Under the pieces are notes generated by a model, which saw only the letters and a list, made by a program, of their open reading frames with translations, had not been told where the DNA came from and did no database searches. Shown piece by piece: positions 8,797 to 18,679 of a stretch of 64,000 nt of DNA; position 1 is the first letter of the stretch, and each line of letters begins with the position of its first letter. The DNA is from Paludibacteraceae bacterium. Lineage in GTDB: Bacteria > Bacteroidota > Bacteroidia > Bacteroidales > Paludibacteraceae. The stretch spans positions 17,076-81,075 of the forward strand of contig JAFWXW010000027.1 of NCBI GenBank assembly GCA_017517845.1, given 5' to 3'. The translations under genes and the position numbers were made by a program.

Positions 8797-10746
8797 ATGG
8801 ATAATAAAAATCTGTTCACAGAATTAGAGAACCTTCTTCGCATGGAAAGCACCTATTGCACAGAAGATGGTGTGCTTTTGAAAAATGCAATTGTAGAGGC
8901 TGCTCTTGCACTTCACCCAGAGTTAATTGCAAAGTTGCTTACACACGAAGGATTGAAACATAATTTCTTTACTGAGGTAGAAGGTGTTTTAGTATTTGAC
9001 AAGGTGAAGTTCCAAAAGTTTGTAATGAACAAACGGTTCTTACCTGATAGTTATACGTCGTTCAAAAATAAAGTTGGATTGACCAATGAAAATGGAGATT
9101 TTCTTTCTGAAAGTCGAGAGGTTGTTCTTTCGTGGCCATATAAGGATTGTGTACTTGAAGGAGGACAAACAAAAGAGGACGCAAAGCGCAACGAGGTGTT
9201 TTGGAATGAGATTCTCGCTCCAGATGAAATCAATCGCTTGACAGAACCAAAGGTACTGACTAACTTCAAACGCTATGATTCAGATGGCGAACATGAGGTT
9301 GATAGCATATCTATGGAAGATAACCTTATCATAAAAGGTAATAATTTGCTTGCACTACATTCATTAAAAACGAAGTATGCGGGTAAAGTTAAGTTGATTT
9401 ATATTGACCCGCCATATAACACAGGCAATGATAGTTTTGGATATAATGATAGTTTTAAACAATCAACTTGGTTGACTTTTATGCAAAATAGGTTAGAGAT
9501 AGCTAAAAAGTTAATGAAAGAAGATGGGGTTATATGTGTACAATGTAGTTTTCATCAGTTTGCATATTTAAGAGTATTAATGGATTCATTGTTTGAAAAA
9601 CATTTATGTGATTTTAATATTCAGGTTCGTCATCCAGAACGTTCTTTGACTGGTGATAAAGAGTTCAACGATGTTATTGAATATGTACTTATATATTCAA
9701 ATAATATCGGTTCAAAAATGCCATATAAAGAGGAAATAAAAACTATAGACGAATACATTCTACAAGTTGAAATCATGGAAGGTGTTTCCCCAGAAGTAAT
9801 ACTATGTGGAGATAAAAAAGTAGAAGTGTACACTCCTGATAAATATAAACTCAAAACCATAGGACCCAACTGGTTAGGTTTAAAACGCATGAGTATTCGA
9901 GGTTCTATTCGTGAAAAAAATAGTAGCGGTAGATTTTTTGTTAAATATCTGGAACCTTTGACGCAATATCCTCCCGAAACATTATTCAAAGTTCCAAATA
10001 TGGGAGACGATGCCTTTAATTTTCGATATTTTTATTCTGCACCCAAGGGAAAGAAAAATGGAGGGTATTTCCCAGGAATGCCAACAAGCTCTAATGTTAC
10101 TAAAAAGCAATATTCTAATTTCTACAATTTTGAGAAAGAATATAATAATGTAGCTAAAGAAGGCGATGTTAGTTTTCGTAATGGAAAAAAACCAGAGGAA
10201 CTGATTGCTTTTTTAATAAAGATATTCACGAGTCCTAATGATATTGTTCTTGATTATCATCTTGGGAGTGGCACTACTTCTGCTGTTGCTCATAAACTGA
10301 CGCGACGTTATATTGGAATGGAACAGATGGAATCTCAAATTTCGCTTATCACTTCAAGATTATCGAATGTGATAAATGGGGATACTACAGGCATTTCAAA
10401 ATCAGCGAATTGGCAAGGAGGAGGTTCATTTGTTTATTGTGAACTTGCAAAAGCCAATCAGCAATTTGCAGATGATATTGAGCAAGCATCATCTTCTGAA
10501 GAACTTGCTACTATATGGGAAAAAATGCAAAAAACTGGATTCCTTAGTTGGAAAGTAAATCCAAAAGAAATTGATGCCAATGCGGAGGATTTTACTACTC
10601 TTGCCATTGAAGACCAAAAGAGTTTTCTCATAGAGTGTTTAGATAAGAACTTGCTTTATGTCCCATATTCCGAAATTGACAATGCAGAGTTTGGCATCAG
10701 TGAGAACGATAAGAAGATAAATAACCAATTCTATCAAACGAAGTAG
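8797..10746 (+). CDS. mod: Type III restriction-modification DNA methyltransferase (Mod)
   Basis: Motif IV IYIDPPYNTG precedes motif I LDYHLGSGTTSAVA (beta-class order); variable region between them; 4 nt before res. Confidence 0.88.
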   Translation: MDNKNLFTELENLLRMESTYCTEDGVLLKNAIVEAALALHPELIAKLLTHEGLKHNFFTEVEGVLVFDKVKFQKFVMNKRFLPDSYTSFKNKVGLTNENGDFLSESREVVLSWPYKDCVLEGGQTKEDAKRNEVFWNEILAPDEINRLTEPKVLTNFKRYDSDGEHEVDSISMEDNLIIKGNNLLALHSLKTKYAGKVKLIYIDPPYNTGNDSFGYNDSFKQSTWLTFMQNRLEIAKKLMKEDGVICVQCSFHQFAYLRVLMDSLFEKHLCDFNIQVRHPERSLTGDKEFNDVIEYVLIYSNNIGSKMPYKEEIKTIDEYILQVEIMEGVSPEVILCGDKKVEVYTPDKYKLKTIGPNWLGLKRMSIRGSIREKNSSGRFFVKYLEPLTQYPPETLFKVPNMGDDAFNFRYFYSAPKGKKNGGYFPGMPTSSNVTKKQYSNFYNFEKEYNNVAKEGDVSFRNGKKPEELIAFLIKIFTSPNDIVLDYHLGSGTTSAVAHKLTRRYIGMEQMESQISLITSRLSNVINGDTTGISKSANWQGGGSFVYCELAKANQQFADDIEQASSSEELATIWEKMQKTGFLSWKVNPKEIDANAEDFTTLAIEDQKSFLIECLDKNLLYVPYSEIDNAEFGISENDKKINNQFYQTK

Positions 10747-10750
10747 CATT

Positions 10751-13396
10751 ATGAAATACTTACAAGATACGCTTCGTGAAGAATTTGGCAAACGTTCAAT
10801 TGCAGATGTTGAAATGCCAAAATATTTTGCGACCTCGCTTAACCCGATGATGAAACTGCGTCCTTATCAAGAGGAATGCTTTAAGTATTTTATAACTTAT
10901 TGGGAGAATGATTTTGATGCGAAAGAACTTAAACCACATCTATTGTTTCATATGGCAACAGGTAGTGGTAAGACACTTATTATGGCAGGTGTTATGCTAT
11001 ATCTTTACGAACAGGGGTATCGTAACTTTCTTTTCTTTGTAGATTCTACAAATATCATAGAAAAGACGAAAGATAATTTTCTGAATACAGCATCGGCAAA
11101 ATACCTTTTCGGACAGTCAATCAATATTGGCAACAAGCAAGTAGAAATAAGACTTGTAGATAATTTTCAGACGGTAGATGATAACTGCATAAACCTATGT
11201 TTGACAACCATTCAAGGACTACACACTTCTCTTAATACACCGAAAGAGAATGCTGTTACCATAGAAGATTTTGCAGATAAAAGAATTGTACTTATATCCG
11301 ACGAAGCACATCACACCAATACTGCGACTAAGAAAGGCAAGAAAACTGTAGTTGCAGAACAAGGTTCATTGTTCGCTGATAGTGATTTTGAATCTACTGA
11401 AGACTGGGAAACAACTGTGATGAAGATTTTTCATAGCAATGAAGCTAATGTGTTATTGGAGTTTACAGCAACAGAAGACTTTCAAGATGCGAATATTGCA
11501 GATAAGTATGAGAATAAAGTAATATTTGATTATCCGTTGAAGAAGTTTCGTGAAGATGGGTACTCAAAAGATATATCGGTTGTTCAAAGCGATTTGTCAC
11601 CAATAGACCGAGCTGTTCAGTGTGTGTTATTAAGCCAATACAAAAGAAAATTATTCTCAAGCATACATCAGGATATTAAACCTGTTATGATGCTTAAATC
11701 AAAGACTATTGCCGATAATAAGAAATTTTATGACGAATTCATAAATACCATTAAACGACTGAATGTTGAAGACATTGAACGCATAGCCTCTAATGCAAAA
11801 GGCGATATGCTTGATGTATTCTCATATATAGCCGAGCAAAATATTGAATTTGAGAATCTGCTTCTTGAAATTAAAGAGGATTTTAAGGAGGAGAATTTAT
11901 TGCTCGTTGATGGTAACAATATCTCACCTGACAAGCAATTGAAATTAAATTCACTGGAAGCAAAAGACAATGAGTTCCGTGTTGTGTTCGCTGTTGATAT
12001 GCTTAATGAAGGTTGGGATGTTTTGAATTTGTTTGATATAGTTCGCCTTTATGATACGCGAGATGCAAGTAAAGGTAAAGTAGGAAAAACAACGATGCAA
12101 GAAGCTCAACTAATTGGTAGAGGTGCTAGATATATGCCTTTTACCGAGCCTACTGGAGAATTAAAAAGAGGAGAACGGAAGTTTGATAACGATACTACAA
12201 ATCGTCTTAGAATTTTAGAAACACTACATTATCATAGTGTAAGCAATCCTAAATATATAACAGAGTTAAAACAGGCTATGGTCCAAACTGGTATTATAGC
12301 AGAAAAAGCAAAAACAGTAGAACTTAAACTTAAAGAGTCATTTAAAAAGACTGCATTATTTAATAGCGGTGTAATATTTACAAATGATATAGAAGCCTAT
12401 TATATAAATGAAGAAACTTTTTCTTTAGGTGAATTGATATTAAATAAAGAATATAAGATTCGTATAAGAAGTGGTGAAATGAGTACATCACTAGTATTTG
12501 AGTCTGCAAATTCTAGCAATACGACATCTGTTCCTTATCGCACATTAAAATTTCATGAATTAGGAAATAATGTTATTCGTGCGGCAATAAATAGATTTGA
12601 GGTTTTTAAATTTTCAAATATCAGTAATTTATATCCAAATTTAAAATCTATAAAAGAATTTATTGAAAGTGATTCTTATTTATCTGGTATTAATATTTCA
12701 ATATACGCAAAAAAAGAGATTTTAGACAATTTGACCCAGAAGGAAAAATTATTTTGTGCTATTGAAACTCTTAAACAAATAGAACCATTACTATCAAAAG
12801 GTGGAAAAGGTTATAAAGGAACAAAAGAATTTAAACCTAGAGCAATAAAGAATATTTTTAGAGAACGAACACAGAAATTCTCTTTGGATGATTATTCAGA
12901 TAAGGAATTAGGAAAATCTATGTTAGATACAGATAATACTAATCTTCGTATGGACTTATCAAAAGTAGATTGGCATGCTTACGAGGATTGTTTTGGAACC
13001 TCTGAAGAAAAGTACCTTATTCGATATATTGAATCTATCTACCATAAATTAATAGAAAAATATCAAGATATTTACTTATTAAGAAACGAAAAAGATTTTA
13101 AGGTCTATAGTTTTACATCTGGTGAAGCATATCAGCCCGACTATGTTTTATTCATGAGAAAAAATAATGAAAGTAATAAGACTGATTATATCCAAATCTT
13201 TATAGAACCCAAAGGTGAACATTTACGTACAACCGATAAATGGAAAGAAGATGCTATGAAAGAGATTAGAGATAATGCTGATATTCAATTTTCAACAGAG
13301 GGAACTAATTTTAATGTTTGGGGTATGCCTTTCTTTACCGAAAATAAACGTAAACTATTTACTGATTCTTTTGAAAATGCGTTTTTAAAAGAATAA
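10751..13396 (+). CDS. res: Type III restriction endonuclease subunit (Res)
   Basis: Walker A MATGSGKT, DEAH box ISDEAHH, C-terminal PD-(D/E)xK-like QPDYVLF...IFIEPKG. Confidence 0.88.
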   Translation: MKYLQDTLREEFGKRSIADVEMPKYFATSLNPMMKLRPYQEECFKYFITYWENDFDAKELKPHLLFHMATGSGKTLIMAGVMLYLYEQGYRNFLFFVDSTNIIEKTKDNFLNTASAKYLFGQSINIGNKQVEIRLVDNFQTVDDNCINLCLTTIQGLHTSLNTPKENAVTIEDFADKRIVLISDEAHHTNTATKKGKKTVVAEQGSLFADSDFESTEDWETTVMKIFHSNEANVLLEFTATEDFQDANIADKYENKVIFDYPLKKFREDGYSKDISVVQSDLSPIDRAVQCVLLSQYKRKLFSSIHQDIKPVMMLKSKTIADNKKFYDEFINTIKRLNVEDIERIASNAKGDMLDVFSYIAEQNIEFENLLLEIKEDFKEENLLLVDGNNISPDKQLKLNSLEAKDNEFRVVFAVDMLNEGWDVLNLFDIVRLYDTRDASKGKVGKTTMQEAQLIGRGARYMPFTEPTGELKRGERKFDNDTTNRLRILETLHYHSVSNPKYITELKQAMVQTGIIAEKAKTVELKLKESFKKTALFNSGVIFTNDIEAYYINEETFSLGELILNKEYKIRIRSGEMSTSLVFESANSSNTTSVPYRTLKFHELGNNVIRAAINRFEVFKFSNISNLYPNLKSIKEFIESDSYLSGINISIYAKKEILDNLTQKEKLFCAIETLKQIEPLLSKGGKGYKGTKEFKPRAIKNIFRERTQKFSLDDYSDKELGKSMLDTDNTNLRMDLSKVDWHAYEDCFGTSEEKYLIRYIESIYHKLIEKYQDIYLLRNEKDFKVYSFTSGEAYQPDYVLFMRKNNESNKTDYIQIFIEPKGEHLRTTDKWKEDAMKEIRDNADIQFSTEGTNFNVWGMPFFTENKRKLFTDSFENAFLKE

Positions 13397-13463
13397 CTTG
13401 CTTTGCTCGGTTGAATCCCTCTACGTGTACTAAATTTGGTAGGTTACATTAATACAGGCGTCG

Positions 13464-13508
13464 AAATAGAACTGTTTGATTCATTGAAGTCATGCAGTTC
13501 TATTTTTT
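13464..13508 (+). terminator. intrinsic terminator after res
   Basis: AAATAGAACTG-19 nt-CAGTTCTATTT followed by T-run. Confidence 0.5.
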
Positions 13509-13544
13509 ATTACCTCAAAAGTATTTAAAGTGAAATAAATTCAC

Positions 13545-13552
13545 TACATTTG
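13545..13552 (+). promoter_or_regulatory. Bacteroidota-type -7 box (TAnnTTTG)
   Basis: TACATTTG about 200 nt upstream of the 13752 ATG. Confidence 0.3.
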
Positions 13553-13751
13553 CTATAAATAGATGCAATTATGGAAAATATAAACCGCATAAAAGAGTCT
13601 TAGTTGCGAAAAAGTTCACGAATAAATGGTTATAATCCAGATGTAATTGCAAATATAGGAGAATACAATATTTTAAAAACTCAACGAAGAGTAAAGATAT
13701 ATGCCATTCGTTATAAAAGTGGATTAAATAAATTCATCAAGAATATAGTAT

Positions 13752-15236
13752 ATGACAAAGGAAGAAATATACGAATTGCTTCATAGCACGGAGACCTCAC
13801 GTATTGAGCGTACCATAAGTACGGGTGATATGGACAAATTTCAGGAAGCTATTTGTGCTTTCAGCAATGATATGTCCAATTCTCGTCAGAATGGATATCT
13901 TATTATTGGAGCAAAAGATAATGGTGATTTGTCTGGACTAAAGGTGGATGATAACCTTTTCAAGAAGATATCAGGTATCCGTAGTGATGGGAATATTTTG
14001 CCTATACCAATGATGACATGTGAGCGATACGAATTGGAAGGTGGGGATATACTTGTCGTGGAAGTACAACCTTCTTTCTCTACTCCTGTAAGGTATCGGG
14101 GTAGGACATTTATTCGTATCGGACCAAGAAGGGATATCGCAAGCATTGACGAAGAAAGGATTCTTACAGAAAAACGTATGAGCAACATGGCAACTTTTGA
14201 TGCATCGCCTTGTTATGCTGCTACAATAGATGACGTGTACATAGATATCATTAAGAATGAATACATACCTAAAGCAGTTAGTGCAGAAGAGTTGGAGAAC
14301 GATACACGAAGCATCGAACAACAGATGGCGGCATTAGGGTTGTATGATATGGTTCACAACTGTCCTACAAATGCATGTATAGTGCTCTTTGGAAAGAATC
14401 CAAAACAATTCTTATATGGTGCATATTTGCAATATGTTCGTTTTAATGGATTTGATAAGAGTGCAGAAATTGATGATGATAAGCCATTTTATGATTGTCT
14501 AGCGAAGATGATGTCTAAATTGGAATCTTTCATCGATTTTGGCGTGATAAAGACACGTCCAATAGCGGTAAGTACATTGAGAGAAAAGAATCAATCCAAC
14601 TATCCTGCCGATGCTCTTAGAGAATTAATATTGAATGCTTGTATGCATAGAGATTATCAAGCTCACATGCCTACACGTTTTTATCAGTTTGCAGATCGTA
14701 TTGAGATAATGAATCCAGGAGGACTATATGGCAAGGCACGTCCTGAAAATTTCCCTGAGGTAAATGATTATCGTAACCCCATTATTGCTCAGGCATTAAA
14801 AATCATGGGTTATGTGAATATGTTCAATAGAGGTGTAAGTCGTGTAAAGAATATGATGGTTGAGAATGGTAGCAAAGAACCTTTGTTTAATGTTGACAAG
14901 ATTACTGCTTTTGAAGTGATAAGTTATTCTGCGATAAAACACACTGATTTACAGGGATTTTATGAAGATTTTCCTAAGTTATTTCCTAAGTTATTTCCTA
15001 AGTTGCTTGATAAGTTGATTCCAAGTTATTTCCAGGAAAAGGATAAGACCGTTATTGAGGTTATTTTAACTGCTTTAGTTGAACCTAAATCAGCAAAAGA
15101 GATTGCAGAAATGATATCATGTTCAACTCGAACAATAAAAGATAAATATTTAGATAAGATGCTTCAAGCAGAAGTTATCTCTATGACTATACCTGATAAA
15201 CCAACTAGTAGAAATCAAAAATATAAATTAGTTTAA
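13752..15236 (+). CDS. AlbA_2 (Schlafen-like) / HATPase_c_4 / wHTH protein, RecG-like putative DNA-binding regulator family
   Basis: N-terminal ...AICAFSNDMSNSRQNGYLIIGAKDNG... (AlbA_2-like); central LRELILNACMHRDYQAHMPTRFYQFADRIEIMNPGGLY (HATPase_c_4-like); C-terminal HTH-like tail. Confidence 0.75.
   Translation: MTKEEIYELLHSTETSRIERTISTGDMDKFQEAICAFSNDMSNSRQNGYLIIGAKDNGDLSGLKVDDNLFKKISGIRSDGNILPIPMMTCERYELEGGDILVVEVQPSFSTPVRYRGRTFIRIGPRRDIASIDEERILTEKRMSNMATFDASPCYAATIDDVYIDIIKNEYIPKAVSAEELENDTRSIEQQMAALGLYDMVHNCPTNACIVLFGKNPKQFLYGAYLQYVRFNGFDKSAEIDDDKPFYDCLAKMMSKLESFIDFGVIKTRPIAVSTLREKNQSNYPADALRELILNACMHRDYQAHMPTRFYQFADRIEIMNPGGLYGKARPENFPEVNDYRNPIIAQALKIMGYVNMFNRGVSRVKNMMVENGSKEPLFNVDKITAFEVISYSAIKHTDLQGFYEDFPKLFPKLFPKLLDKLIPSYFQEKDKTVIEVILTALVEPKSAKEIAEMISCSTRTIKDKYLDKMLQAEVISMTIPDKPTSRNQKYKLV
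14971..15030 (+). repeat. 12-bp in-frame tandem repeat (TTCCTAAGTTAT x3 plus two degenerate units)
   Basis: Encodes FPKL-FPKL-FPKL-LDKL-IPSY in the linker before the C-terminal HTH region. Confidence 0.8.
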
Positions 15237-15785
15237 TAATGAAGATTTTTTTGCATTCGCAAAAAACGAAAAGTGTACGTTGCCGTATTTTCTCATTTCT
15301 AGGAAATTGGGGTGAGCAGAAAAGTCATAATCCCTGCCATGCTCCAAGATTAATAAACCATCTTCTGATAATAAATTATTATTTAATATCAAATCTGGAA
15401 TCTTATCTAGGTCTTTTATTGCGTATGGAGGGTCGGCAAAAACTACATCATAACTTCCTTTTGCCACCTCTAAATATTTAAAAACATCGGCTTTTTGCAA
15501 AAAGTAGTTTTTAACATCTAGTTCGCTACACACTTTCTTTATGTAACCAATGTGTTGCATACTTATCTCTATTCCTATTACAGATTCTGCCCCTCTAGAA
15601 ACAAACTCCAATCCTATGCTTCCACTTCCAGAGAATAGTTCCAACACTTTTATCCCTTCCAAATCTATCTTTCCGCCCAATACATTAAATAACCCTTCTT
15701 TTGCAAAGTCTGTTGTGGGGCGAGCTTTCAATTTGGTTGGAGGAGTAAAACGTCTTCCTTTAAGTGTTCCGCTTATAATTCGCAT
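15228..15785 (-). CDS. rsmD: 16S rRNA (guanine966-N2)-methyltransferase
   Basis: ELFSGSGSIGLE SAM motif and VFADPPY; 185 aa. Confidence 0.85.
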   Translation of the reverse strand: MRIISGTLKGRRFTPPTKLKARPTTDFAKEGLFNVLGGKIDLEGIKVLELFSGSGSIGLEFVSRGAESVIGIEISMQHIGYIKKVCSELDVKNYFLQKADVFKYLEVAKGSYDVVFADPPYAIKDLDKIPDLILNNNLLSEDGLLILEHGRDYDFSAHPNFLEMRKYGNVHFSFFANAKKSSLLN

Positions 15786-16492
15786 AGGTCTGAAATATTA
15801 TTAGATAAGGAAATATGTTTCTTCAAAAGTGAGAAATGTTCATTGTCTCCACAAAAGTATAACTCTGTGTTTTTGGTAGAAAGGTTAAATTGTTCATAAA
15901 CACTTCCAATATAATACAATGAGTCTGTAGGCTTCTTTACATTAAAGCTATTAGTTAATAACAATTTTCCATTCTCCACTAGGTTTATAAAAATGGAGTT
16001 ATTAGACACATTTGCCCATACTTCTTTCAAACCACTATTTTTACTATGTTCTATGGATTTAACCATATTAGATAAACTATAGTGATGTATTTTGTGTAGT
16101 GGAAATTGTTTTTTTATAAAATCATAAAGACCTTTATGAATGCCGAATGTACTAATCATATAATGTCTGTCTATATCCTCAGACATTATAATGTGATTAG
16201 AATTTATTTCAGGAAAATTGAGTTTGAAGGCAGAAATGCAGATGTCTTTGTCTGCAATTTCTTTTGGGATAATGGTGTAGTATGGATTGTCAATATAGAT
16301 ATCCCAAATGTCTGTGCATGAGTCATTCAAACTGTTTTCACATAAACATATTGCTATGGATTTGTGAAAGTCATCATCAGATTTATCAAAAATGATGCTT
16401 TTGCATTTTCCATTTACACAAAAAGAAAGCCCACCCGTAGAAAAACGGATGGACTTATTATTATTTTGGATATTATTCCCAGTTACCTGCAT
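15773..16492 (-). CDS. hypothetical protein (resembles DUF3822 family usually next to rsmD in Bacteroidota)
   Basis: 239-aa ORF overlapping rsmD start; family assignment from memory of conserved neighbourhood only. Confidence 0.5.
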   Translation of the reverse strand: MQVTGNNIQNNNKSIRFSTGGLSFCVNGKCKSIIFDKSDDDFHKSIAICLCENSLNDSCTDIWDIYIDNPYYTIIPKEIADKDICISAFKLNFPEINSNHIIMSEDIDRHYMISTFGIHKGLYDFIKKQFPLHKIHHYSLSNMVKSIEHSKNSGLKEVWANVSNNSIFINLVENGKLLLTNSFNVKKPTDSLYYIGSVYEQFNLSTKNTELYFCGDNEHFSLLKKHISLSNNISDLCEL

Positions 16493-17108
16493 TATTGTTA
16501 GCCTGTTCTATGTCACCAAATTTAAGACCAGGGAATTTTTCTAGTTTTTCTGTAGTTTCTACTAGGTTGATAAGTTCTTGTTTATCTAAGTCGTTTAGAT
16601 AAGATACGTATGGAGCTTTTGCAGCCATAACTTTCACTTTGATACCAGCAGAACCAGTTGTGATTTCAGCTTTTTCTAGAGTAAATTCTTGTCTTGGAGA
16701 AGAGAAAGGAATATAACGTAAAGAATCCACTGGGTAGTTAGCACCGAATAAGTTTTCTAGCATACTAACGTATGTGGTATCACGTTTGATAAGGCCTTGT
16801 TTAACAGCTTCACGTTCGGTTAAACCTTCTTCTAATTGTTTGTCAGTAAGTTCGCCTTCTTTCAACACGATTTTTGCTTTTTCGTACTTAACGAAATTGA
16901 TAAGTGTGTCAAAACTTGTTGTAAAATCACCTTTGATGTTACGATATTCGGTTTCTGCACGACGAATATCAATTAAGCGTTCTACGATGACTTTTTCACG
17001 GGCATCTCTTACTTCATTAAATTCAATAGGAGTCATTACGCTTTGGTAGCATAGATATGCCAATGTGCACGCTGCTACAATTAATAAGAATTTTAATACG
17101 TTATTCAT
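16473..17108 (-). CDS. membrane-anchored hypothetical protein
   Basis: N-terminal TM anchor FLLIVAACTLAYLCY; CAAAAATA -7 box (minus strand) at 17144-17151. Confidence 0.55.
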   Translation of the reverse strand: MNNVLKFLLIVAACTLAYLCYQSVMTPIEFNEVRDAREKVIVERLIDIRRAETEYRNIKGDFTTSFDTLINFVKYEKAKIVLKEGELTDKQLEEGLTEREAVKQGLIKRDTTYVSMLENLFGANYPVDSLRYIPFSSPRQEFTLEKAEITTGSAGIKVKVMAAKAPYVSYLNDLDKQELINLVETTEKLEKFPGLKFGDIEQANNNAGNWE

Positions 17109-17251
17109 ATGATTAATTTTTTGTGATTTTCATAATACAAATGCAAAAATAAAGAATTTTATTTATTTCTACAACATAAAAGGAGAAAATAAATTGTTCA
17201 TTAAAAATATTATTCTCAAATTTGTATTAACTTATCAATCCGTATTAGAGA

Positions 17252-18643
17252 ATGTTATCAGATGCAGTGAGAAATACCATAATGAGAAACTTTAAGTTTG
17301 AACCTACAGAGGATCAAAAAGAGTTTATAGAACTTTTCTCTTCATTTATGATGAAAAGAGAATCTTACAAAACTTTTCTACTCAAAGGATATGCTGGTAC
17401 GGGTAAAACCACTTTGGTAAGTGCATTAGTAAAGGCTTGTAAGGAATTAAACATTCCTGTTATTTTACTTGCTCCCACAGGACGAGCTGCTAAGGTTCTA
17501 GGAAATTATTCATCTGCTCCAGCCTCCACCATTCATAGGGCTATCTATCATAAAAAATCTATGGATATTTCATCAAATTTTGTTCTAGGTTTTAATAAAA
17601 TCTCCAATGCACTTTTTGTGGTAGATGAGGCATCTATGATAAACACTTCAAGTGAAAGTTTCTTTGGAACAGGTGATTTGCTTTCAGATTTAGTAGAATA
17701 TGTTTTTTCTGGAGCTCCTAATACAAAACTACTTTTGTTGGGTGATGATGCCCAATTACCACCTGTTTTTCAAGATATTTCACCTGCGTTAGATGTAAAA
17801 AAACTAGAAAGTATGGGGCTTGATGTCACCTTTCATACATTAAAGGAAGTACTTCGTCAGTCAGAAGAAAGTGGAATCTTGGTCAATGCTACCCATATTA
17901 GGAAAAACATAGAAACTCCACAAGAGCTGAAATTGAAATGCTTTACAGATGTAAAAAGAGTAGATGGAACAAACTTTGTGGAATGCATAGAAAACTCATT
18001 TTCCACAGTGGGAATGGAAGAAACATTGGTGGTAACTCGTTCCAACAAAATGGCAAGTTTATATGCCAATGGCATTAGAAATAGAATTCTTAGCAAAGAA
18101 GGTATGCTTTCTAATGGTGATAAACTTATGGTTTTAAAAAATAATTATTTCTTTGGAAATGATTATGGATTGGAGCTTATTGCCAATGGCGATATGGCAG
18201 AAATTATTCGTATGGGAAAAACAAAAGAACTATACGGAATGAATTTTAGAGATATGACCCTATATTTTTCAGATTATTCCTACGAAATAGATGTAACCAT
18301 ATTAGAAGAATCACTCACTTGTGTCACTCCTGCAGAATTACAAGAGTTAAACTCCAAACTTTTCAAAGCAGTAGAAGAAGATTATGCTCATATAAAATCC
18401 AAAAGAGAGCGTTATAAGAAAATGCGAGAAGATAAATATCTTAATGCTCTGCAAGTGAAATTGGCATACGCAATAACCTGTCACAAAGCCCAAGGTGGAC
18501 AATGGAAACATATTTATGTGGATATGGGACGTATAAACAAAGAGGAGATAGATGTAAGTTTTATGCGTTGGTTATATACAGCAGTGACAAGAGCTACAGA
18601 AAAACTATATTTAATACAGTTTTCAGATGATTATTTTAAATAA
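17252..18643 (+). CDS. SF1 RecD-like ATP-dependent DNA helicase
   Basis: Walker A GYAGTGKTT, Walker B VVDEASM, C-terminal AYAITCHKAQGGQW motif. Confidence 0.8.
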   Translation: MLSDAVRNTIMRNFKFEPTEDQKEFIELFSSFMMKRESYKTFLLKGYAGTGKTTLVSALVKACKELNIPVILLAPTGRAAKVLGNYSSAPASTIHRAIYHKKSMDISSNFVLGFNKISNALFVVDEASMINTSSESFFGTGDLLSDLVEYVFSGAPNTKLLLLGDDAQLPPVFQDISPALDVKKLESMGLDVTFHTLKEVLRQSEESGILVNATHIRKNIETPQELKLKCFTDVKRVDGTNFVECIENSFSTVGMEETLVVTRSNKMASLYANGIRNRILSKEGMLSNGDKLMVLKNNYFFGNDYGLELIANGDMAEIIRMGKTKELYGMNFRDMTLYFSDYSYEIDVTILEESLTCVTPAELQELNSKLFKAVEEDYAHIKSKRERYKKMREDKYLNALQVKLAYAITCHKAQGGQWKHIYVDMGRINKEEIDVSFMRWLYTAVTRATEKLYLIQFSDDYFK

Positions 18644-18679
18644 AAGCATTACATTTGTAAATAAATATCAAAAAAAGTT

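Noticed and set aside
9905-10195. Homopolymer A7 tracts in mod as phase-variation switches
   Set aside because: A7 runs are common throughout this AT-rich sequence. No long simple-sequence repeat of the kind seen in known phase-variable Type III mod genes is present.
13400-13440. tRNA 3'-fragment or att site (GCTCGGTTGAATCCC resembles a T-arm) at the right edge of res
   Set aside because: The flanking bases do not form a T-stem or acceptor stem, and there is no intact tRNA gene in the window. The weak resemblance to GGGGTTGAATTA in repeat locus E is too short to call.
13604-13786. 60-aa TTG-initiated ORF overlapping the start of the AlbA_2 gene
   Set aside because: It has a non-canonical start and a K/R/I-rich composition typical of AT-rich non-coding DNA. 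It overlaps the well-supported downstream gene.
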